Positions 35,711-47,161 of a stretch of DNA of 64,000 nt are shown one piece after another. Origin of the DNA: an uncultured Nitrososphaeraceae archaeon. Its GTDB lineage: Archaea > Thermoproteota > Nitrososphaeria > Nitrososphaerales > Nitrososphaeraceae. Position 1 is the first letter of the stretch; each line of letters opens with the position of its first letter. The DNA lies in contig CAWGVG010000026.1 in assembly GCA_963825865.1 (NCBI GenBank), positions 192,001 through 256,000 of the forward strand, written 5' to 3'. The notes under the pieces are model-generated. The model was not told where the DNA came from. It was given only the letters and a program-made list of their open reading frames with translations, and ran no database searches. Both the position numbers and the translations under genes were made by a program.

Positions 35711-35962
35711 ATGAATGAACAGGACAAAACAAGTTATTTTTTATTATGCAGACTGTGTTATTGGTGTGCGTCATATGTAAACATAGTAGGGAAAAATAGA
35801 ATTACAAAATGTCCTGGTTGTAACGATGGTTTTATAAAATCTCTGCCAATCTCTGGGAGTAAATCTTATAAATTCAATTATGCTGGAAAGCGAAGAAATT
35901 CGCTTGAATTTGGATTAATGCATAGAATAGATCTATCGACATATTTGAGGCATCGAGACTAA
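35711..35962 (+). CDS. small zinc-ribbon protein
   Basis: CRLCYWCAS...CPGC motif. Confidence 0.65.
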   Translation: MNEQDKTSYFLLCRLCYWCASYVNIVGKNRITKCPGCNDGFIKSLPISGSKSYKFNYAGKRRNSLEFGLMHRIDLSTYLRHRD

Positions 35963-36201
35963 TATGGACTTTCAATCTTCCTTACCAATACTAGTTGCAG
36001 CTGGAAGTGGAATTGCTATATGTTGTACGGGTTTGTCAATTTATTTAATGTTTTTAAAGGCAAGTCGAAAAGAGGAAAAACAAGAAACCAGAGACAAAAG
36101 CAAATTATAAGCTCTAATCTGCTAAACTTCTTCCTATAGATTTTTTAAAATTACCTTATTCTATTCATATACTTGCAAATGTCTTCTCTCCTGTCTTTCT
36201 T

Positions 36202-36477
36202 CTACAAACCTACATTTTCGATTAGGCTTATCAATTCATCATATTGCTTGATAAATTTTTTACCTTTGCTAGTTATTGCTACTAAGCCATCGCTTGTGCG
36301 GTATATCATTCCTTTTTGTTCTAATTCAATGAAGTGATTCATCATCTTGTCATAGGATAGCCTAGAATAGTGTTGTATGCGAGTTGGTCTTGCAACTTTG
36401 TTAATAGTTGTGTCCTCTTCGATAGCACAAAGTATAGCATTGAAGAGCTGGAGCTTATGTCTTTTCTCTTGCTTCAA
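36202..36477 (-). CDS. winged helix-turn-helix protein (HTH_45-like)
   Basis: RHKLQLFNAIL...PTRIQHYSRLSYDKM...ITSKGKKFI. Confidence 0.85.
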   Translation of the reverse strand: MKQEKRHKLQLFNAILCAIEEDTTINKVARPTRIQHYSRLSYDKMMNHFIELEQKGMIYRTSDGLVAITSKGKKFIKQYDELISLIENVGL

Positions 36478-37387
36478 TCTCCATCTTTCTCCTTCTTTGC
36501 TTAGAAGTTACATTGTATACGACATACACAAACAATGTTAATCCAGCTAAACGTGCTATTAATGAACCGATAAACGCAACGATGCTGTTATCAAAATATG
36601 TTATCGTCAATGAATATTGTTCAAGCCAAAGTAATGCAAAAGCAGCTGGGATATAGAGTAACCTTATATTTGCTGCTTTTATTAGTGACAGAACCGAACT
36701 AGTAAATATATATCCAAATACTGCCATATTGTATAACCGCATAAAAAAGCTCATATCTGCAAGTGCAGGATAATTAAAGTCAGGACCTGAAACCAATTCA
36801 GATATGGGCACTATAAATGGAATTGCAACCATTACCATAGGTAAACTATTGCTCAAAATATCCATGAGTTTAACAGATGGTTTAATTTGATGGAGTTCTG
36901 TTGGTACAAGTAGATTATCACTATTATCATACTGACCAACATCTTCATTATTTTTGAAACGATATGATAGAGCAATTAATGCTAATGCTTCGGATTGTAA
37001 TGCTAATTGAATCCAAAAGAAAACAGGATATACTAAATCATTGTTTGAATAAATTAAGCTCAAGTGCTCAAACAAAAATGATGATGCTATGAATATAAAA
37101 CCTACAGGTAACCCTAGCAGATATCCAAATCCGGAAAATCTGTAGGATCTGAAAAAATGCCATGAAATTATAAAGGACAAAGAGATGGATGCAATAGTTA
37201 TTATCAAACTAATAAGATGAGAAATATGTGGATCCAACAATGTAAATGGATTTAGAATATTCGGATCCAGTATGTCATATTCTATTATACAAACACTATC
37301 TGTGGCGTTCAACAAATAAGTATTACTCCCTTCAAGGGAGTCTGAAATAAAAGTCCATAATGTATATCCTACAAGTGAGCAATTCAC
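36455..37387 (-). CDS. seven-transmembrane hypothetical protein
   Basis: Seven hydrophobic segments by eye; the 3' end overlaps the wHTH gene start. Confidence 0.75.
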   Translation of the reverse strand: MNCSLVGYTLWTFISDSLEGSNTYLLNATDSVCIIEYDILDPNILNPFTLLDPHISHLISLIITIASISLSFIISWHFFRSYRFSGFGYLLGLPVGFIFIASSFLFEHLSLIYSNNDLVYPVFFWIQLALQSEALALIALSYRFKNNEDVGQYDNSDNLLVPTELHQIKPSVKLMDILSNSLPMVMVAIPFIVPISELVSGPDFNYPALADMSFFMRLYNMAVFGYIFTSSVLSLIKAANIRLLYIPAAFALLWLEQYSLTITYFDNSIVAFIGSLIARLAGLTLFVYVVYNVTSKQRRRKMEIEAREKT

Positions 37388-37457
37388 ACATTACTCTTTT
37401 AATGTGTATATATTCATCACTATTACAAATTGGTAGGATACACATTATAATTGCTGA

Positions 37458-37967
37458 TTACGGTATCTTCTGTCCAAGGTTAAGATTAACGTCCAATGGA
37501 TTTGAAAAATTTGCATTCTTTGTTGCATTAGTAAACATTACAACTGCTTTAACATTTTTTACTGTATTGTTTGTTAAGGTAGTTGCAAGTTGAGTTTGAC
37601 CTGAAGTGGAATTAATGATAAAGCCATTGGGAAATGAAGAGATCTTTATCAATGTTCCATTGGATGAATACACGCGCATAATTGCATTCATATTCTGATC
37701 ATTAACAATAGAAGGATCAGTGACAGAATAATTAACTATTACTTTAATTTGATGTGATTGGTTATTACTTGTTAGTGGCAAGAACTGTGCATGATTTAGT
37801 GTTTGTGAAATCTCCTTACCATGGTATGCAAATGCTTTATAATCATCAGCATAATCATTTCTTTTTTGTGTTAGTTGTATTTGCAAAGGAATGAAGAGAA
37901 GACTACTCATAGCAATTATAGCAGCACAGGTTGTTATTATTACGGATATTGTATGTGTTGTATACAT
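37458..37967 (-). CDS. secreted or membrane-anchored beta-rich hypothetical protein
   Basis: N-terminal hydrophobic helix followed by an N/T/S-rich domain. Confidence 0.7.
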   Translation of the reverse strand: MYTTHTISVIITTCAAIIAMSSLLFIPLQIQLTQKRNDYADDYKAFAYHGKEISQTLNHAQFLPLTSNNQSHQIKVIVNYSVTDPSIVNDQNMNAIMRVYSSNGTLIKISSFPNGFIINSTSGQTQLATTLTNNTVKNVKAVVMFTNATKNANFSNPLDVNLNLGQKIP

Positions 37968-38243
37968 AGCATTAATAGACGATCATATAATATAAAAATG
38001 CAAATGTCTATCTTGAGATATCCCCTGGTTATAAATTATGAATATTCATGTTATTGAACTGATTTCTTTCTCACAAACATTGACCTAATTACAGATGATG
38101 CTTAATAATTAACCACTAGACTTGAGCGAACGGCATGATATAATTACCAAAGTCACATCTAAAACAGCTGACAAATTAAAAGAATTTATTAATTTAAAGA
38201 TTAGGGATTGATATATTGCCTTTTTGGACTATGAATTTATTGT

Positions 38244-39092
38244 TTATTCTAATTTTCCTTCAATTAATGGCTTTATTGGCACCTGGTATCTTTGTATCTT
38301 AAGCTTAGTGAATATGTCAGCAGACTGTTGAGTTTCATCTTCATCACTTATTTCTACACCTATTTCTTTTCTTATTACATCTCTTCCTTCTCTTGCGCCA
38401 ATAAGTATAATCTGTGCATTCTGGTAGTCTATTAACCTGGTATCTTTTGATAATGAGACGAAGATCTCGGAATCCTTAAATTCATTCAATACTTCCTCAG
38501 GATACATTGGAAGTTCTTCAGTAGTTGGATAACCACCACCTACTGCTACTGCAGATGCTGCTGCTGGTTTCTTTGGATTTATAACTGAAATTATATAACT
38601 TGCTTCTTTTTCTACACCTAATTCTTTTTGAGCTTCGCCAGGTTCTTTCGGCATTTCTAAAATATATGCAAGCTCTGCATGGTTTTGATGTTTTACTATG
38701 GCATATTTACCTTCTCCAACTGGTCTTGCTGTATCACCTTTCCTAAGTTTGTCTGAGAAGAGTTCCTTTGTAAGTTCATTGCGATCTGTAAAGATATTAA
38801 CAACTCTGGCCCAATATCGTTCGGATGCTGTGCCTTCGCTCTTCTTCCTAATCTCTGGAAGTGATTTTCCGCCTAAGACAAAAAGCCTGTATATTTGACT
38901 CTCCTTTTCTTCTGCATATACTTGTCTTCTTCCTTCTGGCACAGTAACCATAAAAAAGTGTCGAATATCCTCAAAACCTTTTACTTTTTCAGCATCTTTT
39001 TTAGGTCTATAAAAGAAGTAGATATCGCCTTGTTCTAAAACCTCTGACATCATAGCATTGTTATTGTCTTTAACTTGCTCTGGCTGATTCAT
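38244..39092 (-). CDS. conserved hypothetical protein (LEQGDIYFFYRPK family)
   Basis: Intact 282-aa ORF; ARPVGEGKYAIV, HAELAYILEMP, LGVEKEASYIISVINP. Confidence 0.75.
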   Translation of the reverse strand: MNQPEQVKDNNNAMMSEVLEQGDIYFFYRPKKDAEKVKGFEDIRHFFMVTVPEGRRQVYAEEKESQIYRLFVLGGKSLPEIRKKSEGTASERYWARVVNIFTDRNELTKELFSDKLRKGDTARPVGEGKYAIVKHQNHAELAYILEMPKEPGEAQKELGVEKEASYIISVINPKKPAAASAVAVGGGYPTTEELPMYPEEVLNEFKDSEIFVSLSKDTRLIDYQNAQIILIGAREGRDVIRKEIGVEISDEDETQQSADIFTKLKIQRYQVPIKPLIEGKLE

Positions 39093-40085
39093 AATTGGAA
39101 TACTCTGTCTACTATTTCTTTTATATCTATGGCATCTTTTATTTTTTATATAGGCCAGTGAAAATCTGCCTTGACAGCTAAACGATTAGCGAAGAAGGCT
39201 CCTCCTTCTTGAAAGCGTAACTGAATAGTATAAGAAATAGTTTCACAACTAATTCATTCTTTTAAGGAAGAAGGGCACGGATAACACTACACATAATATA
39301 AAAATAAACAATACTTTTATCATCTGTGCGGATTAATTTATAAAAACTCTTACATAGATTAGTGTGATGTGTATTGTCATGGACTTTCTTTTGCAAGATA
39401 AAACCAGCAGATAAATTAGTTGTCATAGACAATATGCTGTTGTGAATTTACTTTATCAATAGAATTACTGATTAAACTTTTGTTCTTAATTAGGCTTGCC
39501 AGACAATTATCTACATAGAGATAGTCTTTGCTTCAGATTATAAAACTGAACTCGAGCTAATTATACAGGAATATGGAATTATATAGAAATTGTTCACTAA
39601 AGACATTGCGTGTAATTATAGTAAATGAAAATTATCCAACCATCTTAAAGTTCATTAAACCTTAAAGCAATATCCTAGGACAATGGCTATAGATGAGTGT
39701 AAACACTGGGCATGCAATAAACAAAACAATACATGTGTTGGCTGTGGTATTATTATCTGTCCTACATGCTTATTACAACCTGATAATTGCAAATGTGAAA
39801 ATAAGGAAGAATGTTGTGTGGTATAAAAAAGTTATCATAATTATTATGTCATGAAGCGTAGATAGAGAGCAATGAACGATAAATAAAATTTGCCTTGTAA
39901 TTGAAGAGTTATTTGAGGCTCTAATAAATGGTGAGTCTAGAAGCCAGCTTGATAAGTTGGGAAAGGGTAAAAGCATAACTAAAACAATAGGCAGCTGCAA
40001 AGTCACAGTTAATTGTAACAAAAAAATTAGCCGCCAGGTTATCGTTAAAGGGGCAGCTAATACTATCTTTTCAGTTGGCTATCAC

Positions 40086-40286
40086 TCATGCTTTGCCATA
40101 GTGTTTCAGTAAGTTTTGCTTTTGTTCTTCTGAAAATCTTATTTCAAAATCCGCCTCATGGTAAATACAAAACCCTTTCAGATTCATGTCAGCATATCTT
40201 GATGGCAAAAATAATTCGAATTCAACAAGTTTGTTGTAGTGAAACTTGTGAAATAACTTGAAGAAGTAACTGATTAGTGTAAACAT
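40086..40286 (-). pseudogene. C-terminal fragment of a MEDS-like domain protein
   Basis: LVEFELFLP...LKGFCIYHEADF...EEQKQNLLKHY. Confidence 0.5.
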
Positions 40287-40327
40287 CGCATATATCGCAC
40301 TTTATTAATCAAACATATTACACAATA

Positions 40328-41110
40328 TTACCATAACACAGTGCCACCATCTATTACAATGGTATTACCTGTCGCAAAAGAAAAGCTATCACTTGCGATG
40401 CATGCAGCAATCTTGGCCACCTCTTCAGGTCTTCCCCATCTTTTCATCGTATTTTCTTCGGCCGCTTTCTTTCTATCCTCTTCCGTCATTGAATCATATG
40501 TTGCCAATGTTGCAATGTTACCAAGAGCAATGGTATAAGACCTTATGTTATTGCTACCATACTCCATTGCAATACATTTTGTCAATGCTATATTCGCAGC
40601 TTTGGCGATAGTATATGGAGCACCCTGAATATGTCCTGCGATTGCAGGAGTTGAAGAAATGTTTATTATTACTACTCCACCTCCATTTTCGTTTGTGTTT
40701 TTTTGAAGCATAGAAGAAATAACAGCCCTAGATAATCGGACAGAACCTTTAAGGTCAACTTCTATGATCTTTTGTAATTCTTCGTCGGTAACTTCATGAA
40801 ATCTCTTGTACCAAATATTGTTATCAAAAGGGTAACCTGCATTATTTACCAAGATATCAATTCGTCCAAATTTAGACAGTGTTTGCTGCATGAATTTATT
40901 TACACTAATATCACTTGTCACGTCAATTTCCGCAGCAAACACTTTGCCACTGCTTATCTGCTTGATTGCTCTTTCTGCTTGCTCCTTAATTCTAGAGCAA
41001 ACAATTGTGGTTGCAGAGTTATTTTCTGCAAACTCTTTTGCTATTGCAAATCCTATGCCTCTGGTGGATCCAGTCACTACAGCAACCTTATCTTTTAGTA
41101 AAAATAACAT
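40328..41110 (-). CDS. SDR-family oxidoreductase (FabG-like)
   Basis: TGSTRGIG, DILVNNAG, INISS, YTIAK, GRPEEVA, IDGG. Confidence 0.92.
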   Translation of the reverse strand: MLFLLKDKVAVVTGSTRGIGFAIAKEFAENNSATTIVCSRIKEQAERAIKQISSGKVFAAEIDVTSDISVNKFMQQTLSKFGRIDILVNNAGYPFDNNIWYKRFHEVTDEELQKIIEVDLKGSVRLSRAVISSMLQKNTNENGGGVVIINISSTPAIAGHIQGAPYTIAKAANIALTKCIAMEYGSNNIRSYTIALGNIATLATYDSMTEEDRKKAAEENTMKRWGRPEEVAKIAACIASDSFSFATGNTIVIDGGTVLW

Positions 41111-41544
41111 TCTATTTCCTACCTTTTAATTATTCTTTATATATATGACATTTGTACTTTTGAATAGCTGTTTTAAAGTGTTGTTACAGCAGACACTATA
41201 TGCAGATTTCTGACAAGTGCTATTCCCATAATTGACATTATCATAAAACAAAATCTATTCCAGTTACATCTGATGCAAAATGTATCCGGTTTTATACTTT
41301 TAATAGCATTGCCTGATCTATAAATTTGAGCCGAGCAAGACGAATTATTTCGTATAATCCTGCATACTTGAATGCTTTGCTGTGCAGATAGATGGCAGAA
41401 ATTCTTTACAAAAAATGTCCATTCAAAGAAAAGTCATGATACATCATATATCATTAAAATAAAATTAATTCGGTATGGCAAATATTAGTAGCAGTACACA
41501 GCATTTATATTACTAGTATCCTTATTTGTCATAGCTATTGCTCC

Positions 41545-43239
41545 TTAATTTAGCTGCTTTTGATTTATTATTAATGGAAGGCTAAAATAAAAGGTCGCTC
41601 CTTTACCATCAGAATTATTTTCAGCCCATATCTTTCCCTCATGAGCTTCTACAATGTTCTTTGAAATAAACAGTCCCAAGCCATGCTGCCAGAGAAAGAC
41701 CTGGAAATAAATCTAGAAAATAACTTTTGGAATATTTCAGCATCTATACCAGAACCGGTATCCTTAATACTCACAATAAGAATGTCCTTTTCATTTTCTT
41801 CTTTCTTAACTGTGTTGATAGAAATGACCCCTTCCTTAGTGAATTTTAAAGCATTACTTAGAAGATTCGAAATAACTTGAGTCAGCCTTCCTCTATCTGC
41901 CTCCACGATAATATCCTCTTTATTAGATGGTTCATATAGCAGTTTCAAATTACCATTGCATTTTTTTTCGATTTCATCTCTATAGTCTTGTATAGCGTCC
42001 ATTATTACATCATCTATTTTGATTTTTTCCTTATGCAGCTTAAGTGATTGGCTTTCAATTCTTGTAACGTCTAATATGCTATCTGCAAGTCTTTGCAATC
42101 TTTTTGCATTTCTAATAATAGTATCTAGATACTTATCGTAGTCATCAGTGGCATTTAATTTTCTTGAGCGCAGAACCTGGGATAAACCAAGAATTGGCTG
42201 AATAGGTGTTCGCAATTCATGAGCTGCTATGTTTATAAATTCGTCTTTCAGTTTGTCTGCTTCTTTTTGTCTTTCATATTCCTTTATCTTTTCATATTGG
42301 GTATGTTCATTCCAAATGAGTTCAAAGAAGGACTTGGACGAATTTACGCTGGCTTTGCTGTTTGAGTGTACCATAAATCCTATTGCTTGTGAAAACTCCT
42401 CAGCTTTAGGTTCTTTCAGCTCAAATCTAAGAAACCTTGTTCCATCGGCTACAAAGAGACCGGAATGAGAGCTTCCACCATTTAGGATTCTGATGTTGGG
42501 AGCCTTCTCATATATTCTCTTTACAGTTTCCAAATTATCTTCAGCCAAGGGACAGATGATCTTTATATTTACATTATTTTGTGATGCCTCTATGAGATAA
42601 TCAATTATACCTAATTTATCTGCTCTAAGCATGGCTTTGCTATCAGCAAAAAGCAATAGACCCTCATGTTGTAAAGATTTTACAAGTTTAACGTAAACTT
42701 CTGTTGCTTTTTGATTATCAGAAATAACTTCAAGGAATTCTGGTTCAGCACCTTCTTCAATCTCTGCTATTACATTTTCAGCAGGTATTGACTTATTCCA
42801 TAAAGTTTCAAATATAGAATGCTGCTGCTCCACTACTTCTCCTAGATTGCTGTATATAGCTTGTTGATGAGATTCTTGGAAAGTTATGGAACCTAAATAT
42901 TCTGTTTCATTTACTACAAAGTTCAGCTTCAATATTATCAATATGGCGAAGATCACTATTACCCATTTTCATGAGATCTCTACAATGAAGGACATTTTCC
43001 TTTGTAATTTCAAAAATGTATCTTTGTCTTAAGCCTCTGTGTTGAGAAGAAGAGTCAGTTCTCAGTTTATTCACCGAATCATATGAAAAGATATTCAACG
43101 GAAATTTAGCATTACCACAAATATCTATGGTATGGTGGGCATTGGAGAAAACGTGTAATAAAGTGTTTATTACATCATGCCGATGTAATATAGTAGACTT
43201 CTCTAAATTACGGCGAAATAATAATATCAAATTTAACAA
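41545..43239 (-). CDS. sensor histidine kinase (cytoplasmic; TrmB-like N-terminal domains, HisKA, HATPase), frameshifted
   Basis: [38 protein letters not shown], then [16 protein letters not shown] in the shifted frame. Confidence 0.9.
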
Positions 43240-43579
43240 ATAATTAAAATCACATAATACTTATAATGTTATCTGGGAATTCTTATCTGTTTTTTGTTTA
43301 GGAATCCCAAAAATAAAATAAATACTAAAATTAAGCAATAATAATAATAATAATTACATAAATTCACGATATTGCAAGATTTGACTTTCTTCTTTATTGC
43401 AAGGTCCCCATCGTTGATGATAATGTGTGGTGCATCATATTTTCGTAATGATACTTTATAGGAGTTTTTATAATTATAATACCATCATCATATTACTACA
43501 ACTGCTATACTATATGGAAGGTTAGGTTTTTTAGTTCAGTTGGAAAATATAGGATAGGATAAAGGAGCAAATATAAGAA

Positions 43580-43840
43580 ATGGTAAAGGAAAATAAAGAA
43601 GAAGAAATGGCATACAGTTTGCCAAGCAATTCCGACGTTAATAGATTAGTCCTTTACTTAATACATGATGGGCAAATTGGTGAAAACTATATACCGGATT
43701 ACAATACTATAGTTTCCAAGTATTTGAAGCTAGCAAACCTAAGGAATATCAAAACTACAAACCTTAAGGACGACGATCACTATCCATGCAACGATGATAT
43801 TCTAAAAGAAGTCATATGTTCAATTGACCGTTTTGAATAA
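43580..43840 (+). CDS. hypothetical protein
   Basis: 86-aa ORF with plausible composition. Confidence 0.45.
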   Translation: MVKENKEEEMAYSLPSNSDVNRLVLYLIHDGQIGENYIPDYNTIVSKYLKLANLRNIKTTNLKDDDHYPCNDDILKEVICSIDRFE

Positions 43841-44346
43841 CAAAACTATGAGCGCTTTTACCGTTGATAGTCATACAAATGATTTGCATATCTCTAAAAA
43901 AACCAGAACCTATTGGAGCATGGTGGTGGTTGCTACAGTAGAACAAATCCTGTCAACACCCATTTAGAATCAATTAATATCGATAAAGAGGCAATGCATT
44001 TTTTTCTTGAAAGCCAGCTATGCATTTCATTTTTTCGTTGGTTGGTTGGTTGCAACATTCACTTTGAAGCATTTTGTAACATGTTTAATTCCAGATAGAC
44101 GCTCGTCTCTATCCAGCTTTTACCTGACTGAACTACACGGCATGTTTTAGGGAATCAGACTGACTAGGCTAATGCAGAATGTGATATTATCATTGACATT
44201 GCATTAATCACTAAAAATACAATTTGATTGTTCTTATTTGAAAAGCGTCAATTTTCTCTGATTTTTTGTTTGTTTGATTACATTATAACTTACTCATTCT
44301 ATAGTGAAATAGAAAAATGGACAGAATATTTTTAATTATAAAAATC

Positions 44347-45158
44347 TTAGTTCTTACGCACTCCACGGACGGCCCAAGCACGAGCGACGAGATGAATTGA
44401 CCCATCAGGAGCGGTGGGAAGTGTTAGCCGAATGTGTTTTCGCAGAGCAACTCTTCGTTCTTCAGAAAGCGACATAGTATAGCCAGGAGCAGGACCTTGG
44501 CCAGCCAGAAATGGGGACCAGTAATCGTCGAAATCCCGGAAGGTGGTAGCAAGAACGATTAAGTGGACATCCACCATTCCTAGCTGGGCAGTCTGAAACA
44601 GTTGTTGGAGGGGCTCCGGTTGACATAGAGGGAAGCGTTGTCCTTCATCTAAAGCGAATACTGCCCCGTCAAGTGCCACGGCAGCATCCCAGAAGTAGCG
44701 CATAAGTTGCATCTGGCCTGCGCAATCCCACACATATGCTGCCAACAGTTCCACCCATACGCACAGTTCGGATCATCTCACTTAGCGCTTGACTTGGCTG
44801 AGGAAAAAAATTGAGCACTAGTCCAGAGACGACTGCTTCATAGGCGGCGGCTGACTCAACTGGGAGCGCTTGTGCATCTCCCAGACGAAAAGCTACACGC
44901 GGATCCTGGATCTGCTCGCGAGCAAACTCAATATATCCTTCCGAAGAGTCAATTCCCAGCACCGAGTGCGGAGACTCAGTATCAAGGATGGTTTGACTGA
45001 GGGCTCCTGTCCCACATCCAACGTCTAACCCACTGAGCGCCTGATGGAACGTCAAGCCAGGTCAGAAACTGGCGAGCGACTAGCCTGCTCCACCTGCCCA
45101 CGTAGGATTCATAGCCGGCCCCACTGGCCCACATGCCTTTCCGTTAATGCGATGTCAT
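44347..45158 (-). CDS. class I SAM-dependent methyltransferase, GC-rich (frameshifted)
   Basis: YESYVGRWSRLVARQFL, LDVGCGTG, GDAQALP, DYWSPFLAGQGPAPGY. Confidence 0.88.
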
Positions 45159-45674
45159 ATGGACTTACTTAAGCCGTGTCATGCTATATTATCATGGGTG
45201 TATTTAATTAAATATACAAGGAAGAGCATCACAGATCTATTTTAAAATACATTATTGCTCAGGAGGCCAGAAAACCATATAATAAAAAGCATGCGAAAAT
45301 TTGGAACAGTACCGTATTATCATAAACTGATAGTCGCACCATCTAAAGCGCATCAAACACGAAAAATAAAGTGCACGAACAAATACTCTTGATGATAGAT
45401 TGACAGGTTACTTTTGAAACCGTTACATCCGAAGTGCATTATCCACTTAATATTACATGTGTCATCTCAGCCTAATGATAATATAAAAATTGTTTATATC
45501 CAATATCAATTCCTTTTTGACTGCTTTTACTAATTCAATAAATCGTTTATCTTTTAACATATGACGAAGCGAGTAGTCTCTATCCCCTTCAAGAAAATCT
45601 TCTAATTTGTCTTAACTTACAATTTTAGAATTAGTTATCATCTCTCCTAGTTGTGATACTATATTAAATGCTAG

Positions 45675-45914
45675 CTACTTTGTCTTTTCCTCTAACCTTA
45701 TACTTAGTCTCCATACTAAATCATAGAATATGTCAAGTAGAGGAAAAGGAGGTCTTTCCTCCAAATAGTTTCTATTGTAAGGCATAATTGACTCTGTTAT
45801 CTTATAATGTCTGATAGCATCAGGAGAGAAATGCTCTTTATCATACTTATCAACTGCTCTCGCTAGTTCTTTGTTATCAAATTCATTATTATTATTATCG
45901 AGTTTTGCCATCAA
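45675..45914 (-). CDS. hypothetical protein
   Basis: 79-aa ORF overlapping the upstream ORF by 4 nt. Confidence 0.45.
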   Translation of the reverse strand: MMAKLDNNNNEFDNKELARAVDKYDKEHFSPDAIRHYKITESIMPYNRNYLEERPPFPLLDIFYDLVWRLSIRLEEKTK

Positions 45915-46234
45915 TCTTTTTTATATTCCTTAATTTCGTCTAAAATATGTTGATCTACAAGCTTGCCATCTAAATAAGACATATATTTTTGGATAGTATC
46001 ATCATTAGGCAAAATATCTGTTATATTGTATCTTTCAATTTCTGTCCAAAATTCCTTGCAAATGTCAGCTGTTATTGAACAACAATCATGCAAAAATTCT
46101 CCTATATCTTGAGTTGGATACTCTGTCAATGAAAGAAAAGAATCAATAGTTTCTTCTTCTAAGAATTCTAATAGTAATGACCGAATAACAGTATTTTCTT
46201 TATTACGAAATATGTACATATTATTATTTATCAT
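45911..46234 (-). CDS. hypothetical protein
   Basis: 107-aa acidic ORF. Confidence 0.5.
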   Translation of the reverse strand: MINNNMYIFRNKENTVIRSLLLEFLEEETIDSFLSLTEYPTQDIGEFLHDCCSITADICKEFWTEIERYNITDILPNDDTIQKYMSYLDGKLVDQHILDEIKEYKKD

Positions 46235-46349
46235 AATCTTAAGCTTCGGATTGACCTAATTTCGTTTGCGGTTCATTTCGTCTGATAACAATCTAAAAAC
46301 GCAATCCTTAAAGCTTGCATACTAGTAAAACCAACTTTAGGATAATAGC

Positions 46350-46592
46350 AGAGAGATGAACGGTTCAGTAAAAAAAATCAGGTAATGGTTCCTACAACGT
46401 TAATGCAAATGAATTAGGCTGGAATTGCTCATGCCCTGACCATTTGTACAGGAGTGTAAAATGCAAGCATAACTACGTTGTAGAATTATCATTTGCAATT
46501 AGAAAACAAGTTTGAAATTACAAAGATAGATAGAGCCAAGCGTGTATTTTCTGCAAATCGTTTAATATTGTCAGAGAGATGGTGTCAGGCAC
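46350..46592 (+). pseudogene. SWIM zinc-finger remnant, probably a transposase N-terminus
   Basis: GSYNVNANELGWNCSCPDHLYRSVKCKH, followed by CIFCKSFNIVRDGVRH. Confidence 0.6.
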
Positions 46593-46867
46593 CTTTTGGT
46601 TCTGTTCAGTTAAATCTTGCGTCTGTCTTTATAATCCGTCTACTTGTGTTTCATTTTTGAGGTCTAATTTTATCACTAGCGATATGATCAGTTTTACCAC
46701 TATCGAAATTTTATCACTACCCCGCCCCTGTTATGATGGTCATCAAAAAATATTCTCTGCTAAAAATTTGTACATTGTTTTGTTTGAATATACACATCAA
46801 TCAAAAAAATAGTTTAAAAACTTTTTGTGAAATTTGCCAAAAATATGATGAAAATCATCAATAATAT

Positions 46868-47107
46868 GACTAGGCTAAAAGTAAAACGCAAACTTTGTCG
46901 ACTTGCTTCTAGGCAAGCCTATGTCTGAATTGGTAAAAAATATTCTTGACGGAAATGTATATGTCAAGGTGGCTAGTGTAGACTTTCCACTTGGCGAAAT
47001 GGGAGGAAAGGTCGGTACTCACTCCATAGTGAGGATGAAATACAATATAAGCTGAGTGTAGGACACCTCAAACAATATTTTTTCCTTAGACTCACTCAGG
47101 CTTTATA
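46868..47107. ncRNA. candidate structured RNA (five consecutive stem-loops), family unknown
   Basis: GACTAGGCT/AGCCTATGTC, CTTGAC/GTCAAG, GACTTTCC/GGAAAGGTC, CTCACT/AGTGAG, TATAAGCTGAGTG/CACTCAGGCTTTATA. Confidence 0.35.
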
Positions 47108-47161
47108 GAAGCCCATGGAAGGGAATACAATTGTAAATAGCAAAGAATACTAATACCGTGC

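Noticed and set aside
36455-37387. Microbial rhodopsin
   Set aside because: Seven TM segments, but no retinal-binding Lys in the last helix and no rhodopsin helix-C motif.
46868-47130. SRP RNA, RNase P RNA or HDV/hammerhead ribozyme
   Set aside because: No GCCAGG..GGAA..AGCAG helix, no matching P4 3' strand and no CUGAUGA core were found. Kept only as an unknown structured RNA.
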